24,000 nt of DNA, from assembly GCF_031316635.1 (NCBI RefSeq), contig NZ_VKPU01000004.1, one strand, 5' to 3'. Below the pieces are notes generated by a model that was given only the letters and a program-made list of their open reading frames with translations, searched no databases and was not told where the DNA came from. Below, piece by piece: positions 1-8,881 of the stretch; position 1 is the stretch's first letter, and every line of letters begins with the position of its first letter. The DNA is from Bacillus mojavensis (GTDB lineage: Bacteria > Bacillota > Bacilli > Bacillales > Bacillaceae). A program made the position numbers and the translations under genes.

Positions 1-133
1 CAAACAAGCATTAAAGGCAGATCAGCAGATGCGCCTAGAACGTTATGAACAGATGCTGAAAGAGTGGTCAATACATGAAAAAGAGATGTTTGGCGAACTT
101 CTGCAGCGTATGAACAAGGCCTTTGTCGATTAA
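1..133 (+). CDS. C-terminal fragment of a CDS entering from the left; product not identified
   Basis: Open frame from position 2 (KQALKADQQMRLERYEQMLKEWSIHEKEMFGELLQRMNKAFVD*) ends at TAA 131-133 and is followed at once by a terminator-like hairpin. Confidence 0.55.
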   Translation, partial: KQALKADQQMRLERYEQMLKEWSIHEKEMFGELLQRMNKAFVD

Positions 134-137
134 CATC

Positions 138-173
138 AAAAAACCCATGCATGTTAAATCTGCATGGGTTTTT
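138..173. terminator. Bidirectional rho-independent terminator between the upstream gene and yxnA
   Basis: aaaaaacccatgca..tgcatgggttttt: inverted repeat flanked by A-run and T-run, between convergent genes. Confidence 0.85.
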
Positions 174-199
174 ATGGTGTGCAATCAAATGGGAAGCTC

Positions 200-1270
200 T
201 TATTTGGTGCGTTTAACGGCAGCCCAGACACAAGCAAGCCCGACAGCCGCAGCCGCAGTTACCGCCGGGCGCTTTGTGGCCTTTGCATAATAGCTTCTTG
301 ACCGAAGCCACCCTTTATTTGTCCCCCTGTCATGCATGCCGTAGCCCGCATGGTAAAGCGCGCTTTCTTCACGCGGTTTGGACGGTCTTTCCGCATGCTG
401 GCTGTAGTACATGATTTTTTCCATCAGCCTGTCGGTCAGCCGGGGAAAGAGTGCACCCAGCATGGCGATGGCTTTTGCCTGCGAGCCGATGTACATGTCG
501 CGTTTCGGATGTTCAGCGGCAAACAGGATGGCTTCGGCTGCAGCTTCCGGCGGATAGATCATAGAGCGGTAATGAGCCGGCTGTTTGTCCAGGTAGCTTC
601 TGGCGTGTTCGTTGTAGGGTGTGTCGATTCTGCCTGGATGGATGAGTGTGACCGAGACGGGTGCCTGTTCTTTTTCAAGCTCCATTCGAATGCTTTCTGT
701 CCATCCGTGAAGCGCGAATTTCGCAGACGCGTAGGTGGATTGAATGACGGTTCCTCTGTCGCCGAACAGGCTTCCTACATTGATGAGAGCACCCGGACCG
801 CCTCTGCTTGTAAAGTGTTTGACGGCTGCCCTTGTTCCATAGACCGGACCCCAGAAATTGGTGTCAAACACGCGCTTCATGTCTTCGGTGGTCACATCCA
901 TGGCGTGTCCGAAAACCGAAACAGCAGCGTTGTTAACCCATGTGTCAAACTGGCCGAATGTGCTGATCGCGGTTTCTGCGATGCGGTTGACGTCTTCTTC
1001 TTTTCCCACATCCGCCTTTACATAGATGGCTTCGTGCCCTTTTTTCTTTACTTCGTCAACGAGCTCCTGAAGGGCCTCTTCATTTCGGGCTGCTGCGACG
1101 ACTTTTGCTCCTTTTTCGGCTGCCATTCTCGCGGTGACGAGGCCGATTCCGCTTGTAGCACCGGTAATGACGATGACTTGATCCTTTACTTTTTTCAGTT
1201 TGAGCTTCGTTTTCGGGTTTTGCTGTTTTTCAAGCTGTTCAGTATTGGTGACCGTATCATCATTTGGCAT
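200..1270 (-). CDS. yxnA: Short-chain dehydrogenase/reductase (SDR) family oxidoreductase
   Basis: TGATSGIG cofactor motif and YASAK catalytic motif. Likely start is ATG at 1270 (MPNDDTVTN...), preceded by aggaggg; gives 356 aa rather than the 363 aa of the track. Confidence 0.85.
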   Translation of the reverse strand: MPNDDTVTNTEQLEKQQNPKTKLKLKKVKDQVIVITGATSGIGLVTARMAAEKGAKVVAAARNEEALQELVDEVKKKGHEAIYVKADVGKEEDVNRIAETAISTFGQFDTWVNNAAVSVFGHAMDVTTEDMKRVFDTNFWGPVYGTRAAVKHFTSRGGPGALINVGSLFGDRGTVIQSTYASAKFALHGWTESIRMELEKEQAPVSVTLIHPGRIDTPYNEHARSYLDKQPAHYRSMIYPPEAAAEAILFAAEHPKRDMYIGSQAKAIAMLGALFPRLTDRLMEKIMYYSQHAERPSKPREESALYHAGYGMHDRGTNKGWLRSRSYYAKATKRPAVTAAAAVGLACVWAAVKRTK

Positions 1271-1401
1271 CGAGAATCCCCTCCTAGACATGTTTGTCTA
1301 CATTTACCCCAACCGGGAGGCCACTACCCCTTTTTGACAATCCCAAGGTTCTTTTTTATATTATATAAGTCGCTCTACCATACCTAGGAGGGAATGTTTC
1401 A

Positions 1402-1977
1402 ATGACTAGCAGAGGAGATTCACGTGAAAAAATCCTTCACACAGCATCACGTCTGTTCCAGCTGCAAGGATATCACGCGACGGGCTTAAACCAGATTGTG
1501 AAAGAAAGCGGTGCTCCTAAGGGATCGCTTTATCACTTTTTTCCGAATGGCAAAGAAGAATTAGCAATTGAAGCGGTTTCATATACAGGAAAGATCGTTG
1601 AGCATGTGATACAGCAAAGTATGGATGAATCCTCTGATCCAACAGAAGCGATTCAGCATTTTATCAAAAAAACCGCCAGCCAGTTTGACAATACGGAAAG
1701 CATTCAAGGGATTCCAGTCGGCTTGCTGGCGAGTGAAACGGCGTTAATCAGCGAGTCGCTGCGCACGGTTTGCATGAAGGTGTTTAAAAGCTGGGAAGCG
1801 GTTTTCGCCAGAAAATTAAAGGAAAACGGATTTGCAGAAGAAGAAGCAAATCAGCTTGGGATGCTGATCAATTCGATGATTGAAGGCGGTATTATGCTTT
1901 CGTTAACGAATAAAGACAAAACGCCCCTTCTTCTCATTGCCGAACAAATTCCAGTATTGGTGAGGAAAAAAGGGTAG
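1402..1977 (+). CDS. qdoR: TetR-family transcriptional regulator (QdoR/YxaF type)
   Basis: 191 aa with N-terminal TetR HTH (LFQLQGYHATGLNQIVKESGAPKGSLYHFFPNGKEEL), SD aggaggga upstream, located directly before qdoI. Confidence 0.85.
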   Translation: MTSRGDSREKILHTASRLFQLQGYHATGLNQIVKESGAPKGSLYHFFPNGKEELAIEAVSYTGKIVEHVIQQSMDESSDPTEAIQHFIKKTASQFDNTESIQGIPVGLLASETALISESLRTVCMKVFKSWEAVFARKLKENGFAEEEANQLGMLINSMIEGGIMLSLTNKDKTPLLLIAEQIPVLVRKKG

Positions 1978-2007
1978 CAATTTGTTATCCTTTCCCCTAC
2001 AATTATA

Positions 2008-2050
2008 TAGAACGGTCTAGTTAGAAACCTAAAATATATAGACTGGTCTA
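2008..2050. promoter_or_regulatory. Two QdoR/LmrA-type operator boxes upstream of qdoI
   Basis: tagaacggtcta (2008-2019) and tagactggtcta (2039-2050), about 31 bp apart, matching the remembered TAGACyrGTCTA-like box. Confidence 0.75.
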
Positions 2051-2066
2051 AATTGGAGGAAACAAC

Positions 2067-3080
2067 ATGAAAACGTTAAGTAAACATTCACTGCCCAAAG
2101 AAAAAGTGCCTTACTTGCTCCGCAGCGGAGAGGGAGAGCGCTACTTGTTCGGCAGACAGGTTGCGACAGTGATGGCAAACGGAAAGAGCACGGGAGATTT
2201 GTTCGAGATCGTACTGCTTTCTGGGGGAAAAGGGGATGCCTTTCCGCTTCATATTCACAAAAATACGCATGAAGGGCTTCTTGTTCTGGACGGTAAGCTT
2301 GAACTGACGCTTGATGGTGAACATTATCTTTTAGTAGCTGGTGATTATGCGAATATTCCGGCCGGAACGCCGCACAGCTACCGGATGCAGAGCCATAGAA
2401 CACGGCTGGTGTCTTACACAATGAAAGGAAATGTCGCACATATGTATTCCGTGCTTGGAACGCCGTATGATCACGCTGAACATCCGCCGCACGCAAGCGA
2501 AGAAGTGTCAAAAGAGCGTTTTGTAAAAGCGGCTGAGGTGGCGGACATTATGTTTGCGGAGGATGAAAACCCTGCCGGTGCTCCAAAACTAGTGGAGAAT
2601 ACAGAACTTCCGGATGGCGTTGTTCCATATGTGCTTGAGTCTGGAGAAGGAGACCGTTTGTTGACGGGCGATCAGCTACACCGGATAGTGGCTGCGCAAA
2701 AGAATACAGACGGGCAATTTATCGTTGTATCATCTGAAGGCCCTAAAGGCGATCGCATCGTTGATCATTACCATGAGCATCATACAGAAACATTCTATTG
2801 CCTTGAAGGACAAATGACGATGTGGGCCGATGGTGAAGAAATTCAGCTTAATCCAGGAGATTTTCTGCATGTTCCTGCCAACACTGTACACTCCTATCGC
2901 TTGGATTCTCACTATACAAAAATGGTGGGGGTATTGGTTCCGGGCTTATTCGAGCCGTTTTTCCGCACGTTAGGAGATCCGTATGAGGGGCATATCTTCC
3001 CGAGTGAACCTCAAGCTTTGCGATTCGACCGTGTCTTGCAGAATATCGACACATTAGATTTAAAGGTCATGAAACCATAA
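2067..3080 (+). CDS. qdoI: Quercetin 2,3-dioxygenase, bicupin
   Basis: 337 aa with two cupin repeats (PLHIHKNTHEGLLVLDGKLEL...; VDHYHEHHTETFYCLEGQMTM...), SD ggagg. Confidence 0.92.
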   Translation: MKTLSKHSLPKEKVPYLLRSGEGERYLFGRQVATVMANGKSTGDLFEIVLLSGGKGDAFPLHIHKNTHEGLLVLDGKLELTLDGEHYLLVAGDYANIPAGTPHSYRMQSHRTRLVSYTMKGNVAHMYSVLGTPYDHAEHPPHASEEVSKERFVKAAEVADIMFAEDENPAGAPKLVENTELPDGVVPYVLESGEGDRLLTGDQLHRIVAAQKNTDGQFIVVSSEGPKGDRIVDHYHEHHTETFYCLEGQMTMWADGEEIQLNPGDFLHVPANTVHSYRLDSHYTKMVGVLVPGLFEPFFRTLGDPYEGHIFPSEPQALRFDRVLQNIDTLDLKVMKP

Positions 3081-3083
3081 TAT

Positions 3084-3114
3084 CTCCGGGCTTCCTGTGA
3101 AGCCTGGCTTTTTA
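3084..3114 (+). terminator. Terminator after qdoI
   Basis: ccgggcttcctgtgaagcctggcttttt. Confidence 0.7.
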
Positions 3115-3228
3115 TTGTGAAGGTGACAGAATTGTAAGGTTTTTCCTTTGTGTTGCCATCTAAATCGATGTTTCTTCGCTTCTATTTTTCATACGCTTGA
3201 GGTATAGAAATAAAGGAGCGTGATTCAT

Positions 3229-4434
3229 ATGGCTTCATTACAGCCGACTCTGACAAATGAGCGGATTGGTGTGCTTGACGTGTTAAGAGGAATTGCCATT
3301 TTCGGCATCCTATTTGTGAATTTGGCGCACTTCAGTTATCCGGATATGTATTTGTCTATGCTTGGAAAGGATAATTTTTTCACGGAAAAGTGGTCTGATG
3401 CAGATTTTGCTGCAGCAGACATATTGAAATTTTTGATTCAAACCAAATGTATTTTACTGTTTTCATTTTTATTTGGGTTTGGCATGGTGGTGATGATGGA
3501 GAGAGCGTTAAGCAAAGGAAAACGTTTTGTCCCGCTTTATATCAGAAGATTATTGGCACTCTTCATCTTTGGCACCATTCATGCTTTTTTGATATGGGAC
3601 GGGGATATCTTAACGGAATATGCCCTGCTTGGTTTGGTTTTACTATTGTTTAGAAAAGCAAAGCCGAAAACACTGTTGATATGGGCAGTCTCTTTGTATC
3701 TCCTGTTTTCGCTTCCGTTCATTTTGGCAAGCTTTCATCAAGCGAACGGTCAAGAATGGGCACAGGCGGCCATTCAGCAGGCGAAGCAGGCGCTGCATGC
3801 TTACGGAAACGGCACCCTGAAAGACATTGCGGAACAGCGAATCCACGACCGTCTCGTATATATGTCAATGAATGGCATGCTGACCTATAATCCGCTGAAT
3901 TTCTTTTTTGCCTCCATCCCATATTTTAGTATGTTTTTGCTGGGCGCCGCGGCGGCAAAATCAAGATTGCTGCATCAGCCGGAAAAGCACCGCAAAGCGT
4001 TAAAAAGAGTATGGCTGTCTGGGCTGGTCATTGGCATCAGCGCTCATATATTGTACAGTGTGACCGAAAAAGAAGTATGTTTGCTGGTTGGAGCGCCTTT
4101 TCTTATGTTTTTCTACGTCACTACGATTGTGTATCTATATCATAAGACAAGACTGGCTAAGCCGCTGCAATACTTTTCTGCAGTCGGGAGAATGGCATTT
4201 ACCAACTATCTCATGCAATCAATCATTTGTACGTGGATTTTCTATTATTACGGGTTGGGGTTATACGGCAAAGTGTATCCGGCTGCGGGCGTGCTGATCA
4301 CGATCGCGGTATGTGCCCTTCAAATGATTTTCAGCCATCTTTGGCTTCGGGCATTTCGAATGGGGCCGTTTGAGTGGCTTTGGAGGAGCCTTACGTATAT
4401 GAAATGGCAGCCGATCTTGAAGAAATCAAGATAA
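3229..4434 (+). CDS. yxaH: DUF418-type multi-spanning membrane protein
   Basis: Many TM segments, ERIGVLDVLRGIAIFGILFVN N-terminus and DUF418-like C-terminus. aaaggag SD 10 nt before ATG 3229, so the track start at 3220 (GTG) is probably upstream of the real start. Confidence 0.8.
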   Translation: MASLQPTLTNERIGVLDVLRGIAIFGILFVNLAHFSYPDMYLSMLGKDNFFTEKWSDADFAAADILKFLIQTKCILLFSFLFGFGMVVMMERALSKGKRFVPLYIRRLLALFIFGTIHAFLIWDGDILTEYALLGLVLLLFRKAKPKTLLIWAVSLYLLFSLPFILASFHQANGQEWAQAAIQQAKQALHAYGNGTLKDIAEQRIHDRLVYMSMNGMLTYNPLNFFFASIPYFSMFLLGAAAAKSRLLHQPEKHRKALKRVWLSGLVIGISAHILYSVTEKEVCLLVGAPFLMFFYVTTIVYLYHKTRLAKPLQYFSAVGRMAFTNYLMQSIICTWIFYYYGLGLYGKVYPAAGVLITIAVCALQMIFSHLWLRAFRMGPFEWLWRSLTYMKWQPILKKSR

Positions 4435-4436
4435 AT

Positions 4437-4472
4437 AAAAGTCTAGACTCATATTGGAGTCTAGACTTTTTC
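4437..4472. terminator. Bidirectional terminator between yxaH and yxaI
   Basis: Perfect 14-bp arms aaaagtctagactc / gagtctagactttt with 6-nt loop. Confidence 0.88.
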
Positions 4473-4482
4473 AGGTTTTCAA

Positions 4483-4938
4483 TTATTTATATACAACCCG
4501 TGTGCGGCAAATGATGTCATGAAGGCCCTTTTTCTCTCCGAATGCCACCATGATAAAACCGATATAAAAGATAATTCCAGATAATATGTACGCAAAGTAA
4601 CGGCCGATTGCCTGCCCGATAGACACGCGTCCGCCTTGTTCATTGACTACTTTCAGCCCGAGAATTTTCTTGCCGAGCGTGCCTTGCATTTTAGAAGCTG
4701 TAAGCAGCCCGTAATATAACACACTGATGACAATCATAATCAGCATGGTTGGCAAAAAGGCAAGCGTTAAGTATTTCACCATATATTCGTCTTTTGTCAT
4801 GTATGGGTCTGTTGCGATGGATCCAGCGATGAATACAGAATTGATAATAAATAGAATAATATAGCTAGGAACAGATACAATAATGCCATCAATCAAATAA
4901 GCTAAAACACGAATCCAAAATCCTGCCGGTTTTTCCAT
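4483..4938 (-). CDS. yxaI: RDD-family membrane protein
   Basis: MEKPAGFWIRVLAYLIDGIIVSVPSYI..., RDD domain. SD aaaggagag upstream of ATG 4938; 151 aa rather than the track's 204. Confidence 0.82.
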   Translation of the reverse strand: MEKPAGFWIRVLAYLIDGIIVSVPSYIILFIINSVFIAGSIATDPYMTKDEYMVKYLTLAFLPTMLIMIVISVLYYGLLTASKMQGTLGKKILGLKVVNEQGGRVSIGQAIGRYFAYILSGIIFYIGFIMVAFGEKKGLHDIICRTRVVYK

Positions 4939-5061
4939 GTATATTTCTCTCTCCTTTGAATTAATCTGGAACAGTATACTTTGTAAAAAAAGCTTTTGCA
5001 ATATGATATGGTGATAAAATCCTGATATTACTGAAAAATGAGTCTTATATCCTTTCTTTTC

Positions 5062-5326
5062 TACTATATAAATATACCAGAGATTGTTAAAAAGCATTTT
5101 TATACATTATTAGAAGCCATAAAGCAGTGCCAAATGCCTGAGGATGCAGTTCGTTATGATGAGAAAATCGGCTTGCTTCTGCCGGATAAACGAAAGGCGA
5201 AGGGCATCGGGTGTTTAGTGAGGACGATAAGAAACGACAGCTGTTGATCGACAGACGGGTTGGATGATATGAGCACGAGCTGCAAGCAGGTATGGGAGCT
5301 AATTGAAAATAAAGGTTAATATTTCT
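5062..5326 (+). pseudogene. Possible degenerate coding remnant, family not identified
   Basis: Coding-like text EIVKKHFYTLLEAIKQCQMPEDAVRYDEKIGLLLPDKRKAKG in one frame, HRVFSEDDKKRQLLIDRRVG* in a shifted frame and MSTSCKQVWELIENKG* in another, with no good start or SD. Confidence 0.35.
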
Positions 5327-5343
5327 ATTTTAGGAGGTGTCAA

Positions 5344-5775
5344 TTGATCATGTCCAGAAAAAATCGCGTGGTGATCTTGACTGCAATTTCTGCATTCCTT
5401 TTTTGCGCTATGATTGCTGCGGCTTCACTTTCTCCGCTGGCAGACACGGGGTCCTCAGCCAATCAGTTCAACTCTATCGGTATGTGGTCGGCAATTGGTA
5501 TGATACTTGTTTTCTATCTCATTCCCATCCTCATGTACATGCTGGGTGTGGATGCGATGAAATTTGTGATGGCGGCGCTTTGCGGCATGGGTTTGCTGAT
5601 TCACTTATCTACTGCTGCCATTGTGCTGATGGTGAGTGTATTCGGTGACCATCCGCTTTCTGATGTGATTACTGTGATGGGGCTCTGTCTCGCTTCAGCG
5701 GCTGTAAACATCATTTGGTTTTTTGCCGTTTTTCGTTCTTCGTCAAAGAAACCTGTCACAAGGAACTTTACATAG
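5344..5775 (+). CDS. Small four-TM membrane protein of unknown function (DUF5391-like)
   Basis: 143 aa, hydrophobic segments; SD aggaggtg before TTG 5344 / ATG 5350. Family assignment is from memory. Confidence 0.7.
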   Translation: MIMSRKNRVVILTAISAFLFCAMIAAASLSPLADTGSSANQFNSIGMWSAIGMILVFYLIPILMYMLGVDAMKFVMAALCGMGLLIHLSTAAIVLMVSVFGDHPLSDVITVMGLCLASAAVNIIWFFAVFRSSSKKPVTRNFT

Positions 5776-5857
5776 TTTTCTATTTTTGCTGATGCATGAT
5801 TTTTCTGTGAACTACATTTATTCACAAACTGGAAATGACTGAACTGGGGATGATAGA

Positions 5858-5891
5858 AAAAGAGAATCTGCAAGGGATGCAGATTCTCTGA
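5858..5891 (-). terminator. Terminator downstream of aldX
   Basis: Minus strand reads agagaatctgcatcccttgcagattctctttttc. Confidence 0.8.
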
Positions 5892-5898
5892 ACCATGT

Positions 5899-7236
5899 TT
5901 ATTTAGTAGCTTGAATAAACACACCTTTTTCATGGGAGAACTCTTTAAATCCGTATACCCCATGATAGGAGCCGATTCCGCTTGTGTTGACGCCGCCGAA
6001 TGGCAGGTTGACGTCACTGAAATGAACGACGACATCATTGATGGCTGCATTTCCTGATGTGGTGTGCTGAAGGACATTGCCGATCAGGTCTTGGTTGTGG
6101 CTGAATACATAAAGCGCGAGCGGTTTATCGCGGTCATTTACGTAATCAATGACTTCCTCGATGTCTTCATAGTTCATCATCGGCAGGATCGGTGCAAAGA
6201 TTTCTTCCTGCATGATCTTCATATCTGGCGTAACGTTTTTCAAAACGGTTGGCGAGATCGTACGGTCGCTTGCATCAAATACGCCGCCGAACACAACTTC
6301 CGCGCCTTTCTCGATGGCATCGTCGTATAAAGCTTTGACGCGGTTAAAGTTGCGGTCATTGACAATTTGCGTAAATTTGTTTCGGTCCGGCGTGTAATCA
6401 TCTTCCATAAATCCTGCGTTGACAATGGTTTGTAAAATGCCTGCGAACTTGTCCTGCACGTCTTTTTTAATGAAGACATAATCCGGCGCGATGCAGGTTT
6501 GACCGGCATTTACGAACTTGCCGACAGCAATTTTTTTCGCTGCGTCCATTAAGTCGTATTCACTGTCGATGATGGTCGGACTCTTGCCGCCAAGCTCAAG
6601 CGTGACAGATGCCAAGTGCTTGGCGGCTGCTGTCATGACGATTTTTCCCACATTTGTGCTTCCGGTGAAGAAAATGTGGTCGAACGGCTGATCAAGAAGC
6701 TCAGTGGCCACTTCAACCTCTCCTTCAAAAATGGCAACTTCTTTTTCGTCGAAAGCATCTCGAATGACTTTTGCGGCAATGTTGCTCGTGTTCATCGTAA
6801 AGTCTGACAGCTTCACAATGGCGCTGTTTCCTGCTGCGATAGAAGCGGCAAGCGGCGCCATCGTCAGCATAAACGGGTAGTTCCACGGACCGAGTATAAG
6901 CGTAACGCCTTTAGGCTCGTACATGAGGATTCCGTTGGCATCAGAGCTTAAGGATGAACCGACTTCTTTGGGTGCCATCCATGTTTCCAGGTTGTTCATA
7001 TTATCTCTGATCGCTTTTTTTGTACCTTCGATTTCTGCTTTTTTGACCTCGTGATACGGCTTCCGCACGTCTTTGCGGATCGCTTCGATGATTTCCTCTT
7101 CATGTGCGATGACGGAATCCAGAAAGCGCTGAAGCTTTTCTTTGCGCTGTTCCGCTGTTGAAGCGCGCAGCACTTTTTGCTGTTTTTTCTGAAGCTGGAA
7201 GACGCGCTGAATGTCGTCTTTTACTTGCTGTTCCAT
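5899..7236 (-). CDS. aldX: NAD(P)-dependent aldehyde dehydrogenase
   Basis: 445 aa with ALDH motifs (LELGGKSP, FVNAGQTCIAPDY, GNAAINDVVVHFSDVNLPFGG). Confidence 0.9.
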   Translation of the reverse strand: MEQQVKDDIQRVFQLQKKQQKVLRASTAEQRKEKLQRFLDSVIAHEEEIIEAIRKDVRKPYHEVKKAEIEGTKKAIRDNMNNLETWMAPKEVGSSLSSDANGILMYEPKGVTLILGPWNYPFMLTMAPLAASIAAGNSAIVKLSDFTMNTSNIAAKVIRDAFDEKEVAIFEGEVEVATELLDQPFDHIFFTGSTNVGKIVMTAAAKHLASVTLELGGKSPTIIDSEYDLMDAAKKIAVGKFVNAGQTCIAPDYVFIKKDVQDKFAGILQTIVNAGFMEDDYTPDRNKFTQIVNDRNFNRVKALYDDAIEKGAEVVFGGVFDASDRTISPTVLKNVTPDMKIMQEEIFAPILPMMNYEDIEEVIDYVNDRDKPLALYVFSHNQDLIGNVLQHTTSGNAAINDVVVHFSDVNLPFGGVNTSGIGSYHGVYGFKEFSHEKGVFIQATK

Positions 7237-7377
7237 TGTAAAATCCCCCTCATTTGCTTTCTGCTTATCTCGGAACTATTATAAAGTGGTATCTTTTCTA
7301 TAAGAAAGACAACGGAGAATCATCTATACGTTACCGTACATATATCGAACATCTGTCTAAGTTTGGAGGTGACTCTT

Positions 7378-8538
7378 TTGCCGGAATCTGCTGAGGCTCA
7401 AATCAAACAGGCGCTTCTGGATTTATTAGAAAAAAGGGATATTCGACAGATTACAATGAAAGAAATTGCTGAACACGCACAAGTGAGCCGCGGGACACTC
7501 TATCTTTATTACGAGGATAAGTTTTCCATCATTGAGGATTTGATGGGTGACATGCAGGAAGGATTGAGCGAAGCGCTCTATGAAGCGTTCAAGCATATGG
7601 ATACACTTCATCTCAGCCAAAAGCGGCAAACCGTGCATCCGACATTGTCTTTTGTTCATCAGCATCAATCTTTCTTCTCAGCAATGATGGTTAGAGACAA
7701 CGTACCGTATCACAATTTCCACCGATTTTTTAAAGATGTGTTTCAGCAGGATGTCATGCTGTCTCCGATTCATGTCAATTTGACGCCCATGGAGCAGGAG
7801 ATTTACGGACATTACAGGGCTTTGTATACGTATGCGATTATTTTGTACTGGCTGAATGAGGATGCGTCAGCGTCTCCAGAAGCCATTAGCCACAAGGTAT
7901 GGGAACTTGTTTCTCAGAAACGGTTTTATTGGCTGTTTGGACAGGCTGTTGAAGCGGAGCCGGAGGAGAACAAGCAAATTGACCGTCGTGTTGTCCGCAC
8001 GAGACAGGCGCTGCAGGAGGCGTTGCTGGACGTATTGGCGGAGAAAAAAGACTATGCGGCGGTGACGATTTCGGATATTACCAGAAAAAGCAACATTCGC
8101 AGGGCGACCTTTTATGATCACTATGCCAATAAAGATGAGCTGGTACAAGCGATGATTCATCAATCGTGTGCAGATATGATTGACCGGCTGACGGTGAGTG
8201 CCAGTCCGGATGAGCTTTCTTTAGCGGAAGCTGAGACGGCGCTTGCCAGCCTGCTTTCTGCGTTATCGGAGCGCTCGCCTATTGTCCGGTTTCTCAAACC
8301 TGAATGGGGAATTCCTCATGTGATACCCAGCATGTTCAAAGCGCTGGAATCTTTTTACCTGCATCAGCAGCTTGATATCCGCGCGGGAAAGAAACTTTAT
8401 GCTTATTATGTTTCCGCTATGATTATCGGTTTGATGTTGTATCGGCTGGATGAGGGAAAGGCGCACGATCCGAGGGTGCTGGCCAGGGAGTTTTTGCAGT
8501 TTTTGGATGTGAAAAAGTATAAGGTTGTATTGCTTTGA
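7378..8538 (+). CDS. yxbF: TetR-family regulator with two HTH/TetR modules
   Basis: N-terminal ITMKEIAEHAQVSRGTLYLYYEDKFSI and second VTISDITRKSNIRRATFYDHYANKDELVQ. SD ggagg at 7365-7369 favours TTG 7378. Confidence 0.8.
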   Translation: MPESAEAQIKQALLDLLEKRDIRQITMKEIAEHAQVSRGTLYLYYEDKFSIIEDLMGDMQEGLSEALYEAFKHMDTLHLSQKRQTVHPTLSFVHQHQSFFSAMMVRDNVPYHNFHRFFKDVFQQDVMLSPIHVNLTPMEQEIYGHYRALYTYAIILYWLNEDASASPEAISHKVWELVSQKRFYWLFGQAVEAEPEENKQIDRRVVRTRQALQEALLDVLAEKKDYAAVTISDITRKSNIRRATFYDHYANKDELVQAMIHQSCADMIDRLTVSASPDELSLAEAETALASLLSALSERSPIVRFLKPEWGIPHVIPSMFKALESFYLHQQLDIRAGKKLYAYYVSAMIIGLMLYRLDEGKAHDPRVLAREFLQFLDVKKYKVVLL

Positions 8539-8572
8539 AGCGGCCCGGAGACTTGACCCGGGCTTTGTGTTG

Positions 8573-8881
8573 TTAAGATACTTGGTCTTTTGATTTTCTT
8601 TCTTTTAAAGTGAGATTGAGAAATAGAAGAGCCAAAAGAATAAAAGCAATATTCACCGTCCAAGACTTCCAGCTTCCAGTGGGGACTAAAATCGTATTGA
8701 AGAGCAGGCGAACGCTTGAAGAAAATGAAAAGAGTAAAAATAATAGTTTGTTTTGAGACATGGTTCTATACGTCCTATACCTTTCTTCTAAAAAATAAAA
8801 TGCCTCAAAGCAGATTCTCATCTGCTTTTGAGACATATATGAACATTTCTCTAAATGGAAATTAACGTAAGTGTAATACAT
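8573..8881 (-). CDS. Small hydrophobic protein of unknown function; possible secondary immunity candidate
   Basis: 102 aa in the track; plausible internal start at ATG 8761 (MSQNKLLFLLFSFSSSVRLLFNTILVPTG..., two TM segments). SD weak at every candidate start. Confidence 0.4.
   Translation of the reverse strand: MYYTYVNFHLEKCSYMSQKQMRICFEAFYFLEERYRTYRTMSQNKLLFLLFSFSSSVRLLFNTILVPTGSWKSWTVNIAFILLALLFLNLTLKERKSKDQVS

Noticed and set aside
332-1387. 351-aa plus-strand ORF opposite yxnA
   Set aside because: Antisense shadow of a well-supported SDR gene; Cys/Phe/His-rich non-protein-like composition and no family motif.
4437-4472. gtctagac palindromes as a QdoR operator
   Set aside because: They form a 14-bp stem between convergent gene ends with flanking A/T runs, better explained as a bidirectional terminator.
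5337-5648. 103-aa plus-strand ORF overlapping the DUF5391-like gene
   Set aside because: Same strand, different frame, Cys/His-rich artefact composition; the SD fits the 5344/5350 start instead.
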